From the NCBI RefSeq assembly GCF_001194135.2, contig NC_068988.1, positions 35,931,962 through 35,995,961 of the forward strand: 64,000 bases of DNA, given 5' to 3'. The position numbers were made by a program, and so were the translations under genes. The notes beneath the pieces were generated by a model. That model was not told the DNA's origin, searched no databases, and worked only from the letters and a program-made list of their open reading frames with translations. Numbering within the stretch: position 1 is the stretch's first letter; each line of letters begins with the position of its first letter. This document shows positions 52,986 through 64,000 of this stretch, piece by piece. This DNA is from Octopus bimaculoides (taxonomy: Eukaryota).

Positions 52986-54518
52986 CTATATTTTTAGTAA
53001 TACCTCTAAGGTGGATGGCTAAACCGCAACCAGTCNNNNNNNNNNNNNNNNNNNNNNNNNNNNNNNNNNNNNNNNNNNNNNNNNNNNNNNNNNNNNNNNN
53101 NNNNNNNNNNNNNNNNNNNNNNNNNNNNNNNNNNNNNNNNNNNNNNNNNNNNNNNNNNNNNNNNNNNNNNNNNNNNNNNNNNNNNNNNNNNNNNNNNNNN
53201 NNNNNNNNNNNNNNNNNNNNNNNNNNNNNNNNNNNNNNNNNNNNNNNNNNNNNNNNNNNNNNNNNNNNNNNNNNNNNNNNNNNNNNNNNNNNNNNNNNNN
53301 NNNNNNNNNNNNNNNNNNNNNNNNNNNNNNNNNNNNNNNNNNNNNNNNNNNNNNNNNNNNNNNNNNNNNNNNNNNNNNNNNNNNNNNNNNNNNNNNNNNN
53401 NNNNNNNNNNNNNNNNNNNNNNNNNNNNNNNNNNNNNNNNNNNNNNNNNNNNNNNNNNNNNNNNNNNNNNNNNNNCTAATAAGACCTAAATTGTTCTCAA
53501 CATGAAATATAGCGTGATACCAAAACGTAAGCGGGCAAGACATTTAAAATCACCGAAAAAAATCATTATTAAACGGGGACCGGATTCAAAATTTAACAAT
53601 CTTACCGACTGTCTATTTCTCTTCAGCCTAATTTGTAATGCAACCATAATCATCAGAACCCCATACAAAGTTGCCCACCGCCATAGGTGCGCGTGTATAT
53701 GGTTCTGCTAATTACAACTTAATGGTAAAATTCAAAAGTCTTCGTTTTGGCGCGCTAATTCCAGGAATATGTCTGCAGAAAATATTTACTGCGTCGCATA
53801 TATCCAGTATGAGAACTCGGTAAGGGTTAATATATTATTAAAAAATAGGGCTAAAAATCATATATTAATTAAAATCGATTAATTACCAGGAAGCTAGCAC
53901 ATTTAAAGAATCAAAGAGATTCAGAAACAGTATCTGCAATCTCAGGGGATTAAAGTACATTTTTATATATGACGTTGACCACTAACGTGGATAATCAATG
54001 TGCTAAAAATAGATCACATCTTGTGTCTAATAAGTCCTAAATTGTTCTCAACATGAAATATAGCGTGATACCAAAACGTTTAGTCCAGGTTTTTGGCGGC
54101 TTCTGGAGCAATTTTCCATTTTAATAAATGGTGGGAGAATATTAATGCATGAATTCACATGTTGGCTTCTTCCGACCCAGTTAATTGAGATATAGTTTCG
54201 ATTATCTTTGAAATCTAAGTAATATGCCTTTTCAAACGTTGGCAATATCAACCAGAGGCAATCTCTATATTGAAATTACGATTTTATTACACCCTAGGAA
54301 TCAGTGGTTGCCAAACACATAGACCTGAATATGTGTTATATAGACTATTTATAGTGATTATACAAGGTAATATCCCCTTGTGCTATATGTTTTTGATTTT
54401 TGATATTTCTATCTGGCGGTTTGATTTCTGTATCTTCTTCGGCGGAAAAAAATTTATCTGGGTGAACAACAGTACTCAGCTGCATGATATAACTATTTGG
54501 CAACAAATCGTAACACAC

Positions 54519-54572
<54 letters not shown>

Positions 54573-54983
54573 CAACAGTGTATGAAACCTACACAATCGC
54601 TGTGTAAAGCCCGAAGGAATTTGAAACTAAATTCCGTATTCTTCATCCAGAACAAGGTTCATGCTAGCAAAAGTGTCTATAACAGAAATTCAGATGCAGC
54701 TGATACGACGTCGTAAGGTAGATAAACGCAAACACTTCATATATNNNNNNNNNNNNNNTATATACATGTTTAAATGGAGCAAGAAAAATATATACAAGTA
54801 TGAAGAATTACGTAATCTCTTATCTGCAGAGATATGACTTAACATATGTTTATATACATATATTTATTCAATGTGTATGTTTCTGTTACATTAAGATATA
54901 TGTCTAGCCTAATATGTGTATACCTGCTTCATTTCCATTCTCTCAGACTACCTCTCTCTCCCCTACCTCTCTCTCTGCCTATA

Positions 54984-55045
<62 letters not shown>

Positions 55046-55206
55046 GCGTAATGAAATTTGTGATTTAGTAAAATTTTGGCGTATTCATTATGTTGCATGC
55101 GATACACTAACCCCATATATAAATGGCTACTTACGCGTTTGAACTAACATTTTGTGTTGGGATACTATGCAGTATTGTCAATGGATACGTACGTCACTCT
55201 CTACAC

Positions 55207-55340
55207 CAGTGGTTTCCAACTCTTTTATTTAAATGGGTTTTCTCACGGACCCCTTTTAATATGATTAACCTTATGTGTATTTGTATGTGTATGTGTATGT
55301 GTGTGTGTGTGTATGTGTGTGTGTGTGTGTGTCTGTGTCT

Positions 55341-55432
<92 letters not shown>

Positions 55433-55493
55433 GTTTGAATTTAGTTCACGAACCCCAGTATTACCTTTGCGGACTCCAGGTTTGGAACCAGTG
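55207..55493. mobile_element. hAT (Charlie-like) MITE with internal (TG)n
   Basis: TIRs cagtggtttccaac / gtttggaaccagtg; 8-bp target duplication ctctacac / gtctacac (7 of 8). Confidence 0.8.
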
Positions 55494-57479
55494 GTCTACA
55501 CATTTAAACTTAGGGTAAGTGTAATGATACCATAAAATATTGCAAATTGGTGGAGGAAATCCAGGCGCAAATAATTGATATATTAAGTTAGTTTGTATTT
55601 TCGTAGAGTAAAATTGTAGGGGAATATGAATTTAACGAAATTAGGAATATGACGATAAAGAATTCAACTTAGACCTCAGGTCTGTTAGAATTATGTTCAG
55701 TAGCTTTAATTTGGTATTTTATTGAAAGTCACACTCTTGACACGAAGATGGATCATGGTATTGCTGAAACAGGAGCCTATAATCACCTGTTTCCTTATCA
55801 TTGTAATATTTAAGACCAATTTTTTTCTTCCTGACAGTACACATGATGCCGGTGTCTTTCTCAATATCAATGATTAACTAATTTGGCAATACTGCTTCAG
55901 AGCACATTTTACGAAAAATAAGATAAACTAAACGAATTTATGAAACAATTGGTTTTAAAAATGTTGCACAGTGGCTTGAGTGATTCATCCCTACTTATAT
56001 TCAAGACTAGCGAGGCTTGTAAGATTTTTTGTAGTGCTGCTCTAAACAATACATCCCTTATTTTTAGCTAAGATCTGAATCTCTTTCAGTATACATGCAT
56101 ATGTCATATTGTATATTACACACACACGCGCATGTGCACACACATACACAGACACACACACACACACACANNNNNNNNNNNNNNNNNNNNNNNNNNNNNN
56201 NNNNNNNNNNNNNNNNNNNNNNNNNNNNNNNNNNNNNNNNNNNNNNNNNNNNNNNNNNNNNNNNNNNNNNNNNNNNNNNNNNNNNNNNNNNNNNNNNNNN
56301 NNNNNNNNNNNNNNNNNNNNNNNNNNNNNNNNNNNNNNNNNNNNNNNNNNNNNNNNNNNNNNNNNNNNNNNNNNNNNNNNNNNNNNNNNNNNNNNNNNNN
56401 NNNNNNNNNNNNNNNNNNNNNNNNNNATATATGATCAACTGTAATTTCTAAATTACGATATGCTGCGCATCTGAATTCTTTCAGATATGAGAAACACTGT
56501 AAATCCACAACCCTCACCAGTCATATACATTATCTCAAAAATAGGAATGTTCCATATAACTTGTCATGATCTATAATAGAATCAGGACTTCCATATCAGG
56601 GTCAACTCTCAGCCTGTAAGTTATGCCTAAAAGAGGCATTCCACATATTAAATGACAACTCTGCAATGCTACTAAATAAATATAATGAGGCCCTTTGTTC
56701 ATGCAAACAACTCTATTTTCATACCTTCAAATTTTACCACAAATCTAAATGCAACCTTAATCACCACACGGTACATATACCGAATACCATTTAAGTAATA
56801 TCCAAGAAACTTATTTGACTTTCCAATATCTTATTTCTTTAACTTTTCAATTTTTTATTTTAATCTTTATGTTTAATAATACATAAAAACATGTATGTAT
56901 GTGTGTATATATGTGTGTGTGTGTGTATGTGTGTGTGTGTGTATGTGTGTGTGCGAGAGTGCATACATGTATATATATTTGTATGTGTGTGTGTATATAT
57001 ATATGCAGATATGCGTATGAGTATAGGCACATAACAATGCAGGCCTATATAATAATGCGTATACACATTTATATGTATCTGTGCGCGCTTGTGTATATCA
57101 TTATACGCATCTTTCTTTCTCTCTCTGACTCATCAGTCCCCACTATCACTTTAGCTATTATAATAAATAACTACATCTGTTTTAGAAACTTGGCCATTAT
57201 AACTTATTATTCTTCTCTTCCTTTTTGAGGTTTACTACTCACTTTAGCACAACCACCGTGCCATTTCTTTACTTATCTCCTCAAACATATTACTCCACTT
57301 CCCATTTCTCACACATATTCCTTCCTTACATTCTTATCTATTCCTTCTATTCTTTCTTTATTCCTTTTATCCTCATAGCTCTCCACTCCCTCTCACAATA
57401 ACTTGACCATCATCTAGTACTCCTTGTTTCATCTTGCCTTCTCTTTTTTCTTTCTTTCTTTCTTTCTTCTTTCCTCCCC

Positions 57480-57936
57480 TATTCCTTTAGACTAACACCT
57501 TTCTCCTAACATACATATCTATTCTCTTTTCTTTACCAGTACATTCTCAACATTTCACTCACCCTACGAGACCCCTTTGAATGAACAGCACATAGAATTT
57601 TTGTCTGCACACTATCAACTCGTAATAACAAAATATGACCTCCTATCGGAATGTAGGTACCATGGACAGGAAGCATATCTACTCTATTTGCACAGCACTT
57701 TCTTGGATTAGGACAGCAACTGTAACATCCTACATTTACATTTATTTTCTTATTTCCCTTTATAATTCCTATATTCATCTTTTTCTAAAATAAATTCTTA
57801 TATTCAACTCCACTATTTCCCTCTCTGATGGACGGATATTTCTAATATCCCAGAAACAGGTGTAAGACTACTATTCTTTTTATAAATGTACTAAAAATTC
57901 CACACAACCTTGGTTTTGTTGTCTCATTTTATTTAA
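57480..57936 (+). mobile_element. PLE-like repeat: ORF C-terminus + hammerhead + 3' end joined to (AC)n
   Basis: YETPLNEQHIEFLSAHYQLVITKYDLLSECRYHGQEAYLLYLHSTFLD*DSNCNILHLHLF resembles the EA.LI...LN tail of PLE GIY-YIG domains (inference); homologous to 6601-6730 and 10530-10880. Confidence 0.6.
57822..57867 (+). ncRNA. Minimal type I hammerhead ribozyme-like motif (core variant A9G)
   Basis: UCU CUGAUGG A C GGAUAUU-UCU-AAUAUCC C A GAAAC AGGU GUA/ AGA. Confidence 0.65.
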
Positions 57937-58245
57937 TACACACACACACGTGTGTGTGTGTGTGTGTGTGTGTGAGCATGTATGCAAAAACAGAATGAAG
58001 GCGCTGGTGTTGGATACAGTTTTTTAAATCGAAATTAGTGACGGAATTTTGATTTTTACAAATAGTTTTCGAGATACTCATAGTTGTCGAGATAGCGTGA
58101 ACCCGTAACAATTTGAGGTTTATTTATTTTTAACGGAGATTATGTAAAATAAATTTTATACATATATACATACACACACATATACATGTATATATATATA
58201 CCTAAATATATACATTTATATATATATACGTATATACATACATAT

Positions 58246-59180
58246 TACTCTTTTACTCTTTTACTTGTTTCAGTCATTTGACTGCGGCCATGCTGGAGCA
58301 CCGCCTTTAGTGGAGCAAATCGACCCCAGGACTTATTCTTCGGAAGCCTAGTACTTATTCTATCGGTCTCTTTTTGCCGAACCACTAAGTTACGGGGACG
58401 TAAACACACCAGCATCGGTTGTCAAGCGATGTTGGGCGGACAAACACACACANNNNNNNNNNNNNNNNNNNNNNNNNNNNNNNNNNNNNNNNNNNNNNNN
58501 NNNNNNNNNNNNNNNNNNNNNNNNNNNNNNNNNNNNNNNNNNNNNNNNNNNNNNNNNNNNNNNNNNNNNNNNNNNNNNNNNNNNNNNNNNNNNNNNNNNN
58601 NNNNNNNNNNNNNNNNNNNNNNNNNNNNNNNNNNNNNNNNNNNNNNNNNNNNNNNNNNNNNNNNNNNNNNNNNNNNNNNNNNNNNNNNNNNNNNNNNNNN
58701 NNNNNNNNNNNNNNNNNNNNNNNNNNNNNNNNNNNNNNNNNNNNNNNNNNNNNNNNNNNNNNNNNNNNNNNNNNNNNNNNNNNNNNNNNNNNNNNNNNNN
58801 NNNNNNNNNNNNNNNNNNNNNNNNNNNNNNNNNNNNNNNNNNNNNNNNNNNNNNNNNNNNNNNNNNNNNNNNNNNNNNNNNNNNNNNNNNNNNNNNNNNN
58901 NNGGAAGAGAGAGAGTGGTAGAGGGAGAAACAGAGGGAGGAAGTAGGAGAATAGGTGAGCAACGAGAGGAAAGGAGAAAGAGAGGAAATACGAGGGGGAA
59001 TATATATACATATATACGACGGGCTTCTTTCAGTTTCCGTCTACCAAATCCACTGACAAGGCTCTGGTCGGCCCGAAGCTATAGTAGAAGACACTTTCTC
59101 AAGGTGCCACGCAGTGGGACTGAACCCGGAACCATGTGGTTGGTAGGCAAGCTACTTACCACACATCCACTCCTGCGCAT
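58246..59180 (-). mobile_element. SINE family B with expanded interior
   Basis: Both ends intact; interior is a gap plus a ~100-bp purine-rich segment. Confidence 0.9.
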
Positions 59181-59617
59181 ATATATATATATATATTTCT
59201 ACAAAAACACACACACACATACATATAAACAGATACAAGCGTGTATGCGATTGTCGGAGTATTTTTTTCAATTCAATATGTCAGGATGCAAGCAATTTTC
59301 TGACAGGATATTGGGAATATACCCTGCTAGAGATTTGCATGAACGAAAACGTAACTAGCTGAAATACAGTCCAATGAAATTATTTATAAATCAGGAAGTA
59401 TGGACGATTGATAACAATAACCAAAAGCATATGAATCATTTAAAATAATAGACCTCCTACACGAAACCAAAAGAAAAATAATAGATAATTGTAGCAGTCA
59501 CATTAAATGTAATGCTATACGTTAGAAAATTACTAGGTTATTAATGCGGTTAATGCGACAGGTGAATAGGTTGCTTTTGATTGCTTACATGATTCTATAA
59601 ATTGTGTGTGTATAGAA

Positions 59618-59649
<32 letters not shown>

Positions 59650-60191
59650 ATCACTCTGTATATATATACACACCCACACACATATGCACATATGAGCAGA
59701 CATATATGTATTCATATATGGATATATATATATATATACACATTGATATATATATATATATANNNNNNNNNNNNNNNNNNNNNNNNNNNNNNNNGACGGA
59801 AACTGAAGGAAGTCCGTCGTTTATATGTATATATATGTGTGTGTGTATGCATGTATGTGTGTATGCATGTATATACTGGTCCCTAACGACGAAATTGTAA
59901 TAAGGAATTAACCAGTTATTAAGTTGTGAATTCAATTTGTCATGTCACCCGCAGATACTTTTATCGGGAAGAGAAATAATATGAGTGGTAAAAATGGCTT
60001 TATAGCGGTTTTGAATGTTAAACATGTAAGGGGTCGAAACCTTCTTAGTTATAATGGTGAGTTGTTCGTAATTATAAATATTCTTCGTCTATGTATTTTA
60101 TAACATGTTTGACCATTGATATATTCATAAATAATTATTAATTGTTTGTTATATATCCCCCGTTATGTATTATTACATTACTTTTTAGTTT

Positions 60192-60227
<36 letters not shown>

Positions 60228-60257
60228 GTGTAAAAATAAATATGATATAAGTAGTTT

Positions 60258-60567
60258 AAATTCATTTATTTTGAGAAACGATGATGAAATCAAGAACGTT
60301 AATGACCATACAGATGCTACATGACAGAAACTGAAGTATACACACACATACATGCACTCACACACATGCACACACACACGCACACATACATACATACATA
60401 CATACAACAGTTAACCTGATGTAAATTGGAAGTATGCTTTTGTAATCGTCAGTTAAATCAGTAGAAAGTATCCACAACTTTGGAGCTTCTTCAGTTTCTC
60501 TCATGTAAAATTTCTATGCTCATTAACGTTATTGATTTCGTCATCGTTTCTCCTAATAAATGAAGTT
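60258..60567. repeat. Old inverted repeat (~80-bp core arms)
   Basis: 60258-60336 vs 60489-60567: ttcatttatt..gagaaacgatga.gaaatcaa.aacgttaatga.cata...tacatga.agaaactgaag. Confidence 0.75.
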
Positions 60568-61182
60568 ACACAACATAGATTATAATTATTGTTAAGCCCT
60601 ATATCTGATGGTGAAAGTAACAAATATTGTCATCAATATTCGTTTAAGTTTGAGTCGAACACTCCATGAACGTAAATGATTTTCACCATTCCAACGCAGG
60701 TCATTTGAGAGAACAACTTTTTATGGTTGTGTCGTTTTTCATTACATAATCTCCATCAAACTTACAAAGAAATGATTCATTCTTAACGTCCACGGCAATT
60801 TTCACTGTCATAGAAAAGAAACAAAAAACGATGGTTCAATGAAGATTTCTTTGCAAGGAAATAGACATTTGAATCCTTTCGGGATCATTTTTTCTCAAAC
60901 ATGATTAATAAATGCTGTTTCATTGTTCCATTTGCTTGTTTCACGAACACACAAAAAATGCTTCCGTATGATATGCAGAAGATGCATTTTACATCATCAG
61001 GTAACTTGAAAAATTTTTGAAGTTTTGCTGACAATTTCGGATTGTCCACCTTCATGAGATTGTCCTATGAAGGAGAGTATTCAGAACCTTCGAAATCAGT
61101 ATTAACTATTACCTTATAAAATATAACACACACACATACATACGCACGCATATATATACTTACAGAGAGAGAGAGAGAGAGA

Positions 61183-61222
<40 letters not shown>

Positions 61223-61373
61223 AGAGAGAGAGAGAGAGAGAGAAAAGAGAGAGAAATGTGAATATGCAAAATTCATATATGTATATACAGATAAATCGAT
61301 ACACATACATAAACACATACATATATACGCACGCGCACACACACACACTGTCTCAAACATACATGTATATATA

Positions 61374-61867
61374 CGTTGTACGCTGAATGAACTGTCGACT
61401 AATTTACCAAAAAATGAAAAAAACACTATTTATCAAAAGTACATAAAAATACCTTGAAATAATAAAGAATAAATTTCTTCAATAAAATCGCCATTGGCTT
61501 CAACCAAGGCCTCGAGACGAATTCGGAATCTCCTGGAACTCTTCCGGACAATCTCCTAGTTTACGTTGGTGAATGCCGCCATACTCAGTTCATCTTTGTT
61601 GCTACGAGAAGTTCTGTTGGTCTTTTGTTCAACTCCGCCCTACATATAATAATCAAGAGGGTTGCAACTTGGAGAGCAAGGCGGCCAGATGTTTGTAGTG
61701 ATGTGGTCGCAGAAATTGTCTGACACCCTTGATTGGGTTCTCCTGCTCGTGTGGCATGGTCCAGAGTCCTGTTGCTAGACATAGGTTCTTCCAGCAGATA
61801 CCCTCTTCACCCAGGACAGAACTACCTCCTCCAGGCACCTGATATAGGCTTCTGTGTTGAGTCTGAG
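61374..61867 (-). mobile_element. maT (DD37D) transposase 3' fragment
   Basis: LRLNTEAYIRCLEEVVLSW...*QQDSGPCHTSRRTQ...WPPCSPSCNPLDYY with 37 residues between the Ds; ends EANGDFIE; stops present. Confidence 0.9.
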
Positions 61868-62452
61868 AACAAAAGAGAAAAACATATAAATGAAGAAATG
61901 AGGTACGGGAATGGACAGATGAATAAAATTGTTAAGAAAATGAATGAGTTTCAACAAAAGGTGAAAGTAAAGGGGGGGGGGCCATTTTGGCGAGACTGAG
62001 GCTGACTAGGTGAAAGTCTTTGTGAATATAAGCCCGGGGTTATTTACTATGTCAACTGAAAATAAATAAACAAACGAATAGATACAGAAATAATAAATAT
62101 ATTGGCGGACCCATGTATATACATTTAACCAGAATCAAAGACTATAAAAAGGAAGAATTTTAGACGTAAACATTTTAGAAACAAAAGAGGAAAAGAAAAT
62201 ACAGGAATGGTAGTAACATAAATTTGTTAGGGGGAGATGGGGAAATGAGAGAAATAAGTGATTAAGTTTTTGGTCAATACGGGTACATAGTAGTTCTCGG
62301 TAAATTGGTGGTTTATCACTCGACAGTAAATTCATAACACGCCCACATATCGTTCGCGCGCGTATTTTTCTGTGTGTCTGTACTATACTCTATATATACA
62401 TATATAGGATATATAAGCATACATGTACTAAACTATATATATAAATTTTTAA

Positions 62453-62491
<39 letters not shown>

Positions 62492-62660
62492 GTGATTTTA
62501 AAATTACGATAAATTCTTTAACTTTCTAAGACGTCTCAACGCTTCAAAAGCAAACTATTTTTACTTTCATCGTAATTTATATATATATATATCATGTAAC
62601 CTCGTGGGCATCGGTACCATTTTCCTCTTTCTCCGTTCTTCCATTCTCCGAACTTTCCAT

Positions 62661-62695
62661 CTTTCCGACGAAGGGCTACGCCCGAAACGTCATAC
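62661..62695 (+). ncRNA. Decayed hammerhead ribozyme-like motif (U4C)
   Basis: CCGACGA A GGGC-UAC-GCCC GAAAC GUC; stem I poor; lies in a ~200-bp non-coding unit (62593-62790) between microsatellites. Confidence 0.5.
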
Positions 62696-63390
62696 ACTCT
62701 CTCTTTCCTTTCCTGAGCGTCCAATAATACTATCCATATCACGTCCTCACTTTGTTGTTTTTTTGTTTCTTTGTTATTGTGTTTTTGAACNNNNNNNNNN
62801 ATATATATATATATATATAAGCCATGTTCCGTCATTGGGAAAAGTAGAATGGTAATTCACTTAGACTGTATTCGGATCGAAGTTATCGAAGTATTAGCAA
62901 ATGTTTCTAGTAGACTTTGAAGCCTTGTAAATGCGAAACATGAACTCAAAATATACACAATTGTTTCGGTGAAAACTTGCCACGAAAAATTCGTCATATT
63001 TTCCCGAGAAACATTAAAGTGAAATTATAGAAATGACAATACATTGCACCTATAATATACATCCCTAAACGATGAAGTTGATATGGATATAAGCATGACC
63101 GGTTAATGCTTACTTTAAATAACAACGTAAAATATACAGGGTCCACTAAGCCGATTTTAGATAACGATTTGACGTTCGGTTATCAATAGCGCAGAGTATA
63201 AAATATAATGTTTTTACGAATTATATCTCGATGGGATTTCGATGATTCTTGTTCTCATACATTTTACCCATCTTCTTCTAACTAAACCACTGTAATATGA
63301 TGCTTTCAAGCCTCGTATGAAGAATTGTTGAAATATACTTGTATGTATAAAACTTACACCCCCCTCACACACATACTCATATATATATAT

Positions 63391-63555
63391 ATGACGAGCT
63401 TCTTTTAGTTTCCGTCTACCAAATCCACTCACAAACCTTTGTTTGGCCTGAGGCTATAGAAGAAGGCACCTGCCCAAGGTGCCACGAAGTGTGACTGAAC
63501 CCGGAATAATGCGGTTGGGAAGCAAGTTTCTTACCACACAGCCACGCTGCGCCTA
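63391..63555 (-). mobile_element. SINE family B, 5' half
   Basis: gacgagcttcttttagtttccgtctaccaaatccactcac...cttaccacacagccacgctgcgccta. Confidence 0.88.
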
Positions 63556-64000
63556 CACATATACACACACACACACACACACGACGCACTTCTTCGCCTC
63601 TCCTGTTCGTGCTTCACAGCGTTCAATATACACACACTTCTCCACGTCTGGCTGTACAGCATTTTGTTTGTTTATTTCAAGGCTTCGTTTTCCTTTCTTG
63701 TTTTCCGTTCGCCACTATCCTCCACGAAAAAAAATTTAATTTGTGTTCGTGGGAAGAGCCATTTTAACGATGCGTCCTGCCCTAACTCTTCGAAACGCCA
63801 GTGTTTTAATGGTGGCAGCTGATGAAGGATATGTTTTCTATGTGGCCTGCTTGTTTTTTGTACCTTGTTTATCATTTTGTCTATGTTTTTGTTGCAACGA
63901 CATGTACCCAGATATGTATCTATATGTACATGCAGATGAAGGTATGTACACACGTGTACATATATATGCATATACTCATATATTGTTTGTATATATATAT

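Noticed and set aside
54302-54510. Second possible hAT MITE
   Set aside because: Left TIR is good, but the right TIR is degenerate and there is no target duplication.
63770-63835. GAAAC...CUGAUGA arrangement suggesting a permuted (type II) hammerhead
   Set aside because: No UH cleavage site and no stem I can be formed.
1-64000. CRISPR arrays, rRNA genes, intact tRNA genes, prokaryotic operons
   Set aside because: None seen; all regular repeats are microsatellites, transposon parts or assembly overlaps in eukaryotic DNA.

Overview
Animal genomic DNA from a gap-rich draft scaffold, most likely a coleoid cephalopod (Octopus sp.). This is inferred from the extreme (TA)n/(TG)n/(TACA)n/(GATA)n/(ATT)n density and from SINE families I recognise as octopus-type. 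I can support no intact protein-coding gene: nearly all long entries in the ORF track are N-gaps or translated microsatellites. The window is a layered transposon graveyard: tRNA-derived SINEs of three long families plus short heads; RTE, CR1/L2-group, RLE-type and Tx1/L1-like LINE relics; a full-length dead D,D34D mariner; DD36E Tc1 and DD37D maT fragments; a hAT MITE; and a probable Helitron-type element. Two signals stand out. (1) Five, arguably six, hammerhead-ribozyme-like motifs of the minimal Penelope-like-element (PLE) type, from at least four sequence families. One sits in a young ~400-bp element with ~105-bp, ~98% identical inverted arms and an outward-facing hammerhead-like motif at each inner end. 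(2) Five long inverted-repeat (fold-back) structures that would give long dsRNA if transcribed. There is also a weak candidate Pol II promoter and first exon on the minus strand near 19.5 kb. All family assignments come from manual translation and motif reading, not database searches.
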